20,000 nucleotides of DNA from IMG/VR virus record IMGVR_UViG_3300037119_007256; one strand, written 5' to 3'. Below the pieces are notes generated by a model. That model worked only from the letters and a program-made list of their open reading frames with translations. It was not told the DNA's origin and made no database searches. This DNA is from an uncultured virus (IMG/VR IMGVR_UViG_3300037119_007256) (taxonomy: Duplodnaviria; Heunggongvirae; Uroviricota; Caudoviricetes). Both the position numbers and the translations under genes were made by a program. Shown here piece by piece: positions 1 through 9,100 of the stretch (the stretch's first letter is position 1; the number at the start of each line of letters is the position of its first letter).

Positions 1-309
1 AACCCGATGGGCTACTCCGGGGTTAACCTCAAGCTCCCAACGTCGGCCGGCATGGTCGCAGAGGTTCAGCTCAATAGCCCGGCGATGATCTATGCCAAGG
101 AGCCAGAGAAGACGGCCAGGGGTATCCTGGGGGACGCCCTTTACGATAAGCTCAGGGCGGCGTCGGGGGTCGAGGGCGGCAAAGGGCATGCGCTGTATGA
201 GGAGTACCGGGCGCTGCCGGAGAAGCACCCACGAAGGGCTGAGATAGAGGCCGAGAGCCGGGCGTATTATGACCACATGCGGGGGTTCACACATGGGCGT
301 ATCGAGTAA
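1..309 (+). CDS. C-terminal part of a RelA/SpoT-like (small alarmone synthetase-type) nucleotidyltransferase domain protein; 5' truncated by the window edge
   Basis: Frame is open from base 1. GYSGVNLKL...AEVQLNSPAMIYAKE...GHALYEEYR matches the GY(R/S)...E-x-Q...H-x-x-Y succession of the RelA/SpoT synthetase domain. TAA at 307-309. Confidence 0.7.
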   Translation, partial: NPMGYSGVNLKLPTSAGMVAEVQLNSPAMIYAKEPEKTARGILGDALYDKLRAASGVEGGKGHALYEEYRALPEKHPRRAEIEAESRAYYDHMRGFTHGRIE

Positions 310-2143
310 GCGGTTCCAGGAGGGCGACGTCTATCTGCGCGAGGACTACTTCAAGGTATTCTTCCGTTACGATAGCGCGGCCGAGAAGTTCTACCGCAAG
401 TTCATGGACAACCCCGGGGTCGAGAAAGAAGTCCACTATAGTAACGGTTTGCTCAACGAGGCGCTCCAGACCGGTGAGGAGGTCACGGCGGAGGAGTACC
501 AGGCTGGGCGGCCGGGGGCGCCGCCGGGCAAGTCACCAAATACCGAGGGTGACCTGGATTTTAGTGTGGCCACCGGCACGGACCTCGACGTGTGGGTGGC
601 CAGGTTCGCCTTCGAGGAGGGGCAGCACCCACGGGACGCCGGCGGCAGGTTCGCGCCGGCGGGTGGTGGAGCGGATGCCCTGTCCCATGAGTTGTTCAGC
701 AATGGCGACTATATATTTCATCGCATAACGGATCAGAACGAATTGGACGGGGCCACTACAGACCTATTCGGCAGGCCACTTACGAACAAAGAGATTAGCA
801 ACTTGGTGGGGGCAATAGACGGGGCCACGCTGAGGGTGTATGCCGCTCATATGAGGGTCCCTATCGCGGGTGTCGCCTCGTCTATCACTGTCGAAGTGGA
901 GCACCCGCTGTATCGGCAGCGCCGGGAGATTATCAAGGATAGGGACGGGAAGACCATCATCAGGAACAAGTCGTTCACCGCCGTCCCTAATGCTCCATAT
1001 GGGATGGGTACACGAATTACAGCAAAACAAGTTCAAACAGCCAGGGCATTGGGGGTGGATCGTATTGAAACATGGGCGGCTGGTGGGCCGGCGGAGTCTG
1101 CCAACAATGGGTACTACACCTGGCCGCGGCTTGGGTATGAAATGCCGCTGATCGGCGGCACCCTAGACGCGGCATGGGCTGCCGGGTTCGAAGGCGCTAA
1201 GACAACGATTGACCTCATGCGGGCGCCAGGCGGAGCTAAATGGTGGGAAAAACACGGTACTGGTGGATTGGCGAAATTCGACCTGGACCCGGATAGTGCG
1301 TCTTCCCAGGTACTGGACAATTATCTCGAGGAACGGGGTGTGCGGCTAGGCGGATCAGCGGCGTTCAGGTCCGACATGGAAACGTGGCAAGAGGAAGCGG
1401 CGTTCGCCTTTGACGAAGCCGAGCACCCGCGGGACGCGGCTGGCAAGTTCGCCACAGCCGCCGGCGGCGGGGCAGATGCTTTATCGGCGGCCATGTTCGG
1501 CAGCCATAAACGGGAGTTCAAGGTCGAGGACGAGGAGGAGTTGCTCGCGGCTCAGGAGCACCTGTTCGGTAAGGCCATAACTAACGACGAGATCGCCGAC
1601 CTGGTTGGCGCGGCGGATGGGGCCACCTTAGGGATAGAGGCCTACTACAATTACCATGCCTCCACTGAGTCACACATCACGGTGGAGGTAGACCACCCGT
1701 GGTATACTCAAAACCGGGTGATATGCAAGTCGCCTGCCGGGGAGCTGGTCATCTACAACAAGTCGTTCGAGGCCGAGAAGGACGCCCCGGCGGGCATGGG
1801 GACGCGGATCATAGCCAGGCAGGTTCAGGCAGCCCGGGCCATGGGCGTCAAGCGGCTCGAGACATGGGGCGCCGGTAGTTTCAATGGGAGCATGAATGGG
1901 TATTACACGTGGCCGCGGCTAGGATATGTGGCGGAGCTGGACTACACCCAGAGGGAGATGGCGCGGGAGGCCGGGCTTGGGGAGGTTGAGACCACGGCGG
2001 ACGTCATGCGGGCGCCGGGCGGGCCGGCCTGGTGGAAGAGGAACGGGTCCGCTGGAGTGATGAAGTTTGACCTGGACCCGGACAGTGTGTCCTCCCAGGC
2101 GCTGGAATACTACCTCGAGGAAAAGGGGGTGAAATTGTCATGA
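293..2143 (+). CDS. Fusion protein: about 75-aa small acidic/aromatic domain + [leader + GNAT-like domain] x2
   Basis: ATG at 293 has GGGGGT at 281-286 and overlaps the upstream gene end, so it is preferred to ATG 269. Two internal copies of FAFxExxHPRDAxG[RK]F each precede a domain containing GMGTRI..Q...AR..GV..(I/L)ETW and NGYYTWPRLGY. Confidence 0.8.
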   Translation: MGVSSKRFQEGDVYLREDYFKVFFRYDSAAEKFYRKFMDNPGVEKEVHYSNGLLNEALQTGEEVTAEEYQAGRPGAPPGKSPNTEGDLDFSVATGTDLDVWVARFAFEEGQHPRDAGGRFAPAGGGADALSHELFSNGDYIFHRITDQNELDGATTDLFGRPLTNKEISNLVGAIDGATLRVYAAHMRVPIAGVASSITVEVEHPLYRQRREIIKDRDGKTIIRNKSFTAVPNAPYGMGTRITAKQVQTARALGVDRIETWAAGGPAESANNGYYTWPRLGYEMPLIGGTLDAAWAAGFEGAKTTIDLMRAPGGAKWWEKHGTGGLAKFDLDPDSASSQVLDNYLEERGVRLGGSAAFRSDMETWQEEAAFAFDEAEHPRDAAGKFATAAGGGADALSAAMFGSHKREFKVEDEEELLAAQEHLFGKAITNDEIADLVGAADGATLGIEAYYNYHASTESHITVEVDHPWYTQNRVICKSPAGELVIYNKSFEAEKDAPAGMGTRIIARQVQAARAMGVKRLETWGAGSFNGSMNGYYTWPRLGYVAELDYTQREMAREAGLGEVETTADVMRAPGGPAWWKRNGSAGVMKFDLDPDSVSSQALEYYLEEKGVKLS

Positions 2144-2274
2144 CGGAACCGAACAAGGACAAGGGGGTCGAGGAGCCGCCCAAGCTGACGCCGGCGGATG
2201 AGCGGGCGCTGGACAGGGCATGGGCCAAGGTCCGCGACAAGCCCAAGGCGCCGCCACCGCCTAAGGAGAAGTAA
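2140..2274 (+). CDS. 44-aa small protein, candidate antitoxin/partner of the GNAT-like domain (absent from the ORF track)
   Basis: ATGA overlap with the upstream stop, purine-rich SD (GAGGAAAAGGGGG) upstream. Translation MTEPNKDKGVEEPPKLTPADERALDRAWAKVRDKPKAPPPPKEK*. It fills the gap exactly and its 3' end carries the AAGGAG SD of the next gene. Confidence 0.7.
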   Translation: MTEPNKDKGVEEPPKLTPADERALDRAWAKVRDKPKAPPPPKEK

Positions 2275-2275
2275 C

Positions 2276-3100
2276 GTGTCGTACGACGGCGACCTGGACG
2301 ACGCTGGTGTCGCGGCGCCGGCGCATATCGACATGTCGGGGTGGGCTATGTTCTCGTTCGACGAGAACGAGGCCCGTGACAAAGCGGGGAAGTGGACCAA
2401 GGCTGGCGGTGAGGGCGCCGGTGACGCCCTCTCGCAGCAGTTGTTCGGCAAGGGCGAGCGGGCGTTCAAGGCGCCCGGCGATAAGAGGCTGGCCACGGCC
2501 ACGGAGGAGCTCTTCGGCAAAGCCGTGACCAAGGACCAGATCGCGGACCTGGCCGGCGCGACGAACGGGGCCATCGTGAAGATAACCTTGGGCCAGTCCG
2601 GTGTTGGCGGCGTGTGGAGGACCATCGTCAAGGTGGACGTGAAGCACGCGCTGTATACGCAGAAGCGCGAGATCGTCAAGGGCAAGGACGGCAAGCTCGT
2701 CGTCAAGAACAAGTCGTTCTACTCCACCGAAGAGGCGCCGCCGGGCATGGGAACGCGAATGATGGCGAAGCAGGTGGAGACCGCCAGAGAGTTAGGCGTC
2801 GCGCAGCTCGAGACGTGGGCCGACGGCAACAAGCACTCGCACAACAACGGGTACTACACGTGGCCGCGGCTGGGGTACGACATGCCATTGCCTGATTATT
2901 TCACGCTCATGGCGGAAAAGAACGGGTTCAAAAGTCCTAAAACGGTGACTGATCTTATGTGTCAACCAGGCGGGGCTGAATGGTGGAAGGAATGGGGCCG
3001 TGGCGGGGCCGCGACGTTCGACCTGGACCCCGACAGTGTGTCCTCACAGGTGCATGCCGCCTACCTCGAGGAGAAGGGGGTGAGGCTTGGCACTGCTTGA
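2276..3100 (+). CDS. Leader + GNAT-like domain protein (third paralogue)
   Basis: GTG at 2276 with AAGGAG at 2263-2268. Contains DMSGWAMFSFDENEARDKAGKW, APPGMGTRMMAKQVETARELGV and NNGYYTWPRLGYD. Clearly homologous to both domains of 293..2143. Confidence 0.8.
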   Translation: MSYDGDLDDAGVAAPAHIDMSGWAMFSFDENEARDKAGKWTKAGGEGAGDALSQQLFGKGERAFKAPGDKRLATATEELFGKAVTKDQIADLAGATNGAIVKITLGQSGVGGVWRTIVKVDVKHALYTQKREIVKGKDGKLVVKNKSFYSTEEAPPGMGTRMMAKQVETARELGVAQLETWADGNKHSHNNGYYTWPRLGYDMPLPDYFTLMAEKNGFKSPKTVTDLMCQPGGAEWWKEWGRGGAATFDLDPDSVSSQVHAAYLEEKGVRLGTA

Positions 3101-6100
3101 CAAACCAGGCCTGGTGTGGACCAGCGTGGTCGACGACCATGACGCGGATCTTGATGGGTGGGCGGCCTTCGCCTTTGAGGCCGAGAAGCACCCGCGTGGC
3201 CCTGACGGCAAGTTTATATCGCGTGAGAATATCACCGAGCAGCTGATCGCCAAGGGCTCGGAGCTCGGCGCGTCTGGTGCGGCCAAGGTGGCGGCCGTCA
3301 ATATGGCCGAGGCGGCCATCGCCGAGGGTACTGCAACGGCCATTGCCTGGAACCAGGCCGTGGCGCACCTGGAGAGCTTGACACCGGCGAAGGCCGACTT
3401 TGCCACCCCTGCTGACTATGCCGCCCATGCCGCACTCAAGGCTAAGGGTACGGCGGAGGCCATGGACCCATCCTGGGCCCTGACGGCGGGTGAGGCGGGC
3501 AAGAAGCAGTCCTTCGGCGCGGTGTTAGTTGATGATACCGGACGCTTCCTCCTTCGCGAGCCGTCCGGCCACTACGGCGGTTATGCGTGGACTTTCGCTA
3601 AAGGCGGGGGCCACGCTGGGGAGAACCCGGTCGACGTGGCCGTTCGTGAGGTAGAGGAAGAAACGGGCCATACTCCGGTCCTAATCGGCACGGTCCCGGG
3701 CAAGTTCGCCGGCGACACCACGCTGAATCGGTTCTTCCTCGCCAAGTCCGGCGGCCACGACCCGTCCAAGATGGACGAAGAGACGGCCAGCGTTAAGTGG
3801 GCGACCCCCGAGGAGGCCGCGGCCCTGATCGGCCAGACCACCTCCGCCAAAGGCAAGGCGCGGGACCTGGCACTCCTGGCGGCTGCGCAGGAGGCTCTGG
3901 CCACTCAGGGGCAGCCAAAGGCCCAGTCGGAACCCCCTGAGACCGTAGCAGGGCCCGTGGTGACCCCAGGCGGCGTCCAGCTGCACGTCGTCGGCGGCCC
4001 CAAGTGGGCGGCACGGGCCGCGGCAGGTTGGACGACCTCGGAGACCGGCACAACCGGAAAGCTGAACCTGGTAGCCCCCGATGGTGAAGTCGCCGGTCAG
4101 ATATATCCGGACAATAAGGGCGGCTATAAGGCGGTGCAGGCCGGCGGGATGCACCTAGGCGGGTCCAAGAAGTCACAGGATGCGGCATTGGAGGCGGTGG
4201 CGGCGGCACATGTGTCCAGCGGCAAAAAGCCGGGTGCCCAGCTAGGCAATCAGAATGCCTACAAGGGTGGACCGACTGTGGCGGAGCCTGGTGGCAAGAT
4301 CAGTATCGAAGAGGCCGCCGCCGAGCAGCAGGCCCTGACCGATGCCATGACGCCGGAGGACTGGGCTGAGATTATTGCGGAAGACCTGGGTGAGGATGAG
4401 GATGAAAAAGACCTGATATATCAGGTAGAATCGGTTCACAAAGAATTTGCGAAATGGGAGGTGAACCAGGCTGCTGGATGGACATTAAGCGGCTTCGGCA
4501 CTATGGAGCTCAAAAACCCATCCGGGGCCGTTGTCGGCGTTATATCCAGCGCCAGCGGCAAATGGCTAATAGTGTCGGGGCCAGGCCAAGGGCCTAAGTC
4601 GTACCCAAGCTGGTCGGCCACCACTAACGCTATGATAGCGGCCTACAAGGCTGCCGGGCCCGTGGCAACCCAAGGGGGCGACCTGGGAGAGGGCCCGTAT
4701 GGCACATGGCCGACGGCAGAGAACGTGCCAGTCGCAGAGTCCGTCGCCGAGGCCGGTCTTTCCGACCCTGAGGACGGGACCCACCTTCACCCGGACGCCA
4801 AGCCTTCTGCCGCGGTCGGGCCGGCCTCCAATCCGTACGGCTGGGTGTTCAAGAAGGGGTCGCAGTGGGCAGCCCTGGCGCCTGACGGGTCGTCGAAGAA
4901 CTTCTCCAGTGCCAAGAAGGCCGGGGCCTATCTCGGGACCAAGGCGGGCGCGGACGCCGCGGCAGAGGTGTCGAGCGGGAAGGCGCCCGGGGGCCAACCC
5001 GGGAATCAGAATGCTTACAAAGGCGGTAGTGCCCAGCAGGAGAAGGATAGGTGGGCCGCCCGTAATGACGCCGGGTGGACGGCGGTCAAGCACCCCGGCA
5101 ACTCCAATCGGCATGATGTTAAGGCCCCCGGTGGTGAGCTGGTCGGCCGTGCGGAGTACAACGACGATACCGGCTACTTCCAGGCCTATGACTCTAATGG
5201 CACACTCCTTGGGGACGACTATGCTACCAGGGCCACGGCTTTAAACGCAGTGGCGACGGTCTATAGTAACAAGAAGCCCGGGGCGCAACCAGGGAATCAG
5301 AACGCCTACAAGGGTGGGGCCGCGTGGCAGGAGAACGACAAGTGGAATGGCCTTGAGGCCACGGGGTGGGACTCGGTTCAGGACACGAGTAACACCCACC
5401 GGTATAATATCAAAGCCCCTGGCGGTCAGCCGGTCGGTCGTATAGAGTACCGCGACGCTGACGGCCACTACTCGGCCTATGACGTCAACAGCGTTTTCCT
5501 TGGCAACTACGACATTAGGGCGAGGGCCCAGAACGCCGTCGTGGCAGCCCACAACAGTAAGAATGCCCTTGAGGGAGCGCTGGGTGCCGCCGGCTGGACG
5601 AAGGGCGAGGGAATACTCGGCGGGTCGAAAGTGGTAGCCCCTAACGGCGAAGTCGCCGGCTCCGTGTGGCTGGACGGCAACGGGAATTGGGCGGCGGTCG
5701 ACGCCGCCGGGAAGGAGATCGGCGGTCACAAGAAGTCGCAGGAGGCGGCTCTAAAGGCAGTGGCGGATGCGTCGGGGTATGCCGCGGCGCTGAAGAGCGG
5801 GAAGAAGCCAGGGGCTCAACCTGGCAATAAGAACGCGTACAAGGGGGGCCCGACCGCCCTCGAATCGGACAAGTGGTGGTCAGCGGTCAGCGCCGGTTGG
5901 TCCCTTGAGGGCGAGGGCACCATGACGGTCAAGGACCCGACCGGGGCTACCGTCGGGCTCGTGTCGAACGCCGATGGCCGCTGGAAGGGGTACTACACCG
6001 CCACGGCCGGGCCGATCCAGGACCTTGGGGTCCAGCCGCACTGGTCCACCGCTGCGAACGCCGTCAAGGCCGCCCACGAGGAGCAGGGCGGTACGATGGG

Positions 6101-9100
6101 GGTTGCCCACGGGGCCGAGGCCGACCCGGATGCCAAGGAGGCGGCGATCGCCCAGTGGGGCGTGCTGAAGGACCAGGGGTGGTCCCTCGAGGCGACCATC
6201 GGCGGCATTGTCGCCGGCATGGCCACTGTCACGGCCCCGAACGGCTCCGCCGCCGGCTACGTGAAGCCGTCCGCCAGCGTCGGGGCCTGGGACGCTGTCA
6301 ACACGATGAACCAGCCGATCTCCACCCACACCAAGAAGGGGTGGGCGGTGTTGGCCGTCGTTAAGGACTGGCAGGAGAACAAGGCCGCCGCGGATCAACT
6401 GGCCGAAGAGGTGAGCATATCGCACCCGGCCCACCCGCCGCTGATGGCCCCGGTGCAGGCGACGGGGGCCATCGCCGACGCGTGGGCCGCCCATAGGGCC
6501 GCCCTGGTGGCCAAGGGCCTTCCGCCGGGCGAGCCGGGGCTGCCGGGGCTGCACAAGGCTGCGATTGACTCTGAGCTTGAGGCGGCGATCGGCCAGTCTG
6601 ACATATCGGGCACCACTCCCACGACCCAGGGTGGGTCATGGGCTAACCCCGCGGAGTGGCAGCCTGGTGGGACGTGGTCGAACCACCTCGTGCCCAAGCT
6701 GGTGGCGCTCGGCGTCGATCCAAATACGGCCACCGAGTCTGTTACCAACTACCACAACCTCCACGGGGCAGGGACAGCCGCGGTCGGCGGCGACCCGGCC
6801 GTGGCGTGGGGCAAGCAGCTCGCCGCTGGGTGGTCGGCGCAGACTAATGGAATTGGCAGCAGTGCCGAGGTATACCCGCCCGGCGGCGGCATGTCCGTGG
6901 GTTACGCGGTCAAGCAGACGGATGGGACGTGGGCGGCTGTCGGCACCACCACTGGGGTTGGGGTGGACCTCGGTAACCATGCGACCAAGGAGGGGGCCCT
7001 GGCGGCGATCGTGACGGGCAAGAAGCCCGGGGCCCAGCCAGGTAACAAGAACGCCTACAAGGGCGAGTCCCTTGAGCGCGAGGGCAAGAAGTGGGCCAAG
7101 AACGAGGGTAAGGGGTTCTGGTTCGAGAACAGCCCGCTACCCGACGGCACGCCGTCCAAGTCGGTGAAGGACCCTGGCGAGGCGGACATTGGTCGGATCG
7201 TGTCTGGCGACGGTGACAACTGGCACGCCCTAGGGCCAGACGGTGCCGCCCTCGGCACGTACGACAGTCGGTTCGGCGCCCTCAACGCTGTTGTCCACGC
7301 GGCCGCCCAGCCCGCCAGCGGCAAGGCGCCCGGGGCCCAGCCCGGTAATAAGAATGCGTGGAAGGGCGGGCCGCACGACATACCTGGTATGTCGGATCAT
7401 GAGCACGCGGCGATCGAGGTACTTAAGGGCGGGCCACTTGCCTATTCCGAGGTCCAGGCTGCCTGGCCATCGGATATGGACAAGACGTACGCGGCTCAGG
7501 CCCTTCACAGCCTCGAGGGCCGTGACCTGGCGGAGCAGAGCCAGGATGGGACATGGCACCTGACTACGATACCAACGCCGGCGGCCAGTGGCGACCTGGA
7601 CCAGCCGGCGCCTGTTACGACGGCCGGCGGTTACGTAGCGGAGCCATCTGAATTTTATCCTGGCACGCATAACGTTAAGGACCCTGTTGGTCTCACTATC
7701 GGTTCCCTGACGATTGGCCCGTCCGGTTACAAGGCGATGACGGGCACGAAGAGCCTCGGCTACTACGACTCGATGGACAAGGCGTTGGCTGCGGTTGAGA
7801 CGGCACATAAGGGGGCATCGACCACATATCAGCCCGGCACCTACAACGAGGAGGCGACCAAATGGCACGGGCTCACGGACAATGGGTGGGCGACCGAATT
7901 CGTAGACTCGAAGACTTTCAAGGTGTTGGCACCTGGCGGAGTCCACGCTGGGACCAGCCTTGAGGACGACGACGGGAATTTCGCCGCCCATGGGCCCAAT
8001 GGGGAGTCGCTCGGCACCTTCCTGTACCATGTGGATGCCGTTAACGCCGTCGCAGAGGCCTACAGTGGGAAGAAGCCCGGGGCGCAGTTGGGCAACCAGA
8101 ATGCCTACAAGGGGGGCCCGTCCGGAGACGAGCTGCACAAGTGGGTGCAGCAGCATGTAGCGGCTGGGTGGGACCATGCCTACTCCATGCTCAACGGCGA
8201 GGAGGTCGACAACGTCTACTCGCCGGCCGGCATCAAGGGCGGGTACATCAAGGAGGAGACGGTCGACGGTAATAACATCCACACGGCGACCGCCCCCGAC
8301 GGCACGGCGTTGGGCTCCTTCGACAACCACTATGCCGCCATGAACGCCATCGTGCAGTACCACAAGGACGTGGGGTACGAGTCGCTATCTGACAAGGGCC
8401 CCATCGCCCTCGGCAGCGGTATGGAGGGTATGGTAGAGGAGGGGAGCGACGACATCCGGGTCATGCATGAGGACCATGGCCACGTCGGCTGGCTGTCACC
8501 GGGGGCGTCCGGCACATGGAAGGCGATCGGCAAAGATGGGATGTTGTTGGTAGCCGGCCTGGACAGGGAGGAGGCGGCCAAGGCGCTCCTGAACGACGCC
8601 GTCACTGGTGCAGGAACGGCAGAGGCCGACGCGGCGGAGGCGGCCGATGCGGCGGCTGATGCAGCGGCACCGCCGCACTACCAGGAGGCCAGCGAGGGCA
8701 ATGGCCACATAGAGGCGGCCAAGTGGAAGGAGCGCGAGGACGCCGGGTGGACGACGGTTGTATCCGGCATGGGCTCCGAGGCTACCATCCAGGAACCGGG
8801 TGGGATGGTGGTCGGCTCGGCCGTCATGGACATCGAGGGTTACTGGACGGCCAAGGGCGCGGACGGCGGGACAATTGGTACCTACCTCTACCACACTGCC
8901 GCCCTCAATGCCGTGGCCCACGCCCACGATGGTGGGATAGGTAAGAAGCCTGGGGCTCAGCCTGGTAACCAGAACGCCGACGCCAAATGGGCTATCGCCA
9001 CCGTCGACGGGTGGGGAACATCCGTCTTTGACGACGATGGCAATATGGAGGTTTATGCGCCAAATGGGGAAACGGTTGGGAAGATCCAGCTCAGCGATAC

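Larger units (their letters stand above)
670..3100 (+). repeat. Three dispersed diverged copies of an about 680-bp GNAT-like module (about 670-1350, 1470-2143, 2420-3100)
   Basis: Near-identical DNA blocks, e.g. AA(T/C)GGGTA(C/T)TACAC(C/G)TGGCCGCGGCT at about 1106, 1895, 2846 and TT(C/T)GACCTGGACCC(G/C)GA(T/C)AGTG at about 1277, 2066, 3017. Confidence 0.9.

Noticed and set aside
2198..2275. Track start at 2198 for the third GNAT gene (likewise 269, 12221, 16031, 18726 for other genes)
   Set aside because: Downstream starts (2276, 293, 12236, 16058) have better SD sequences and avoid long overlaps. The 18726 ORF is better explained by the -1 frameshift.
670..3100. Diversity-generating retroelement TR/VR pair among the GNAT repeats
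   Set aside because: Differences are not adenine-specific, all copies are coding, and no reverse transcriptase is in the window.
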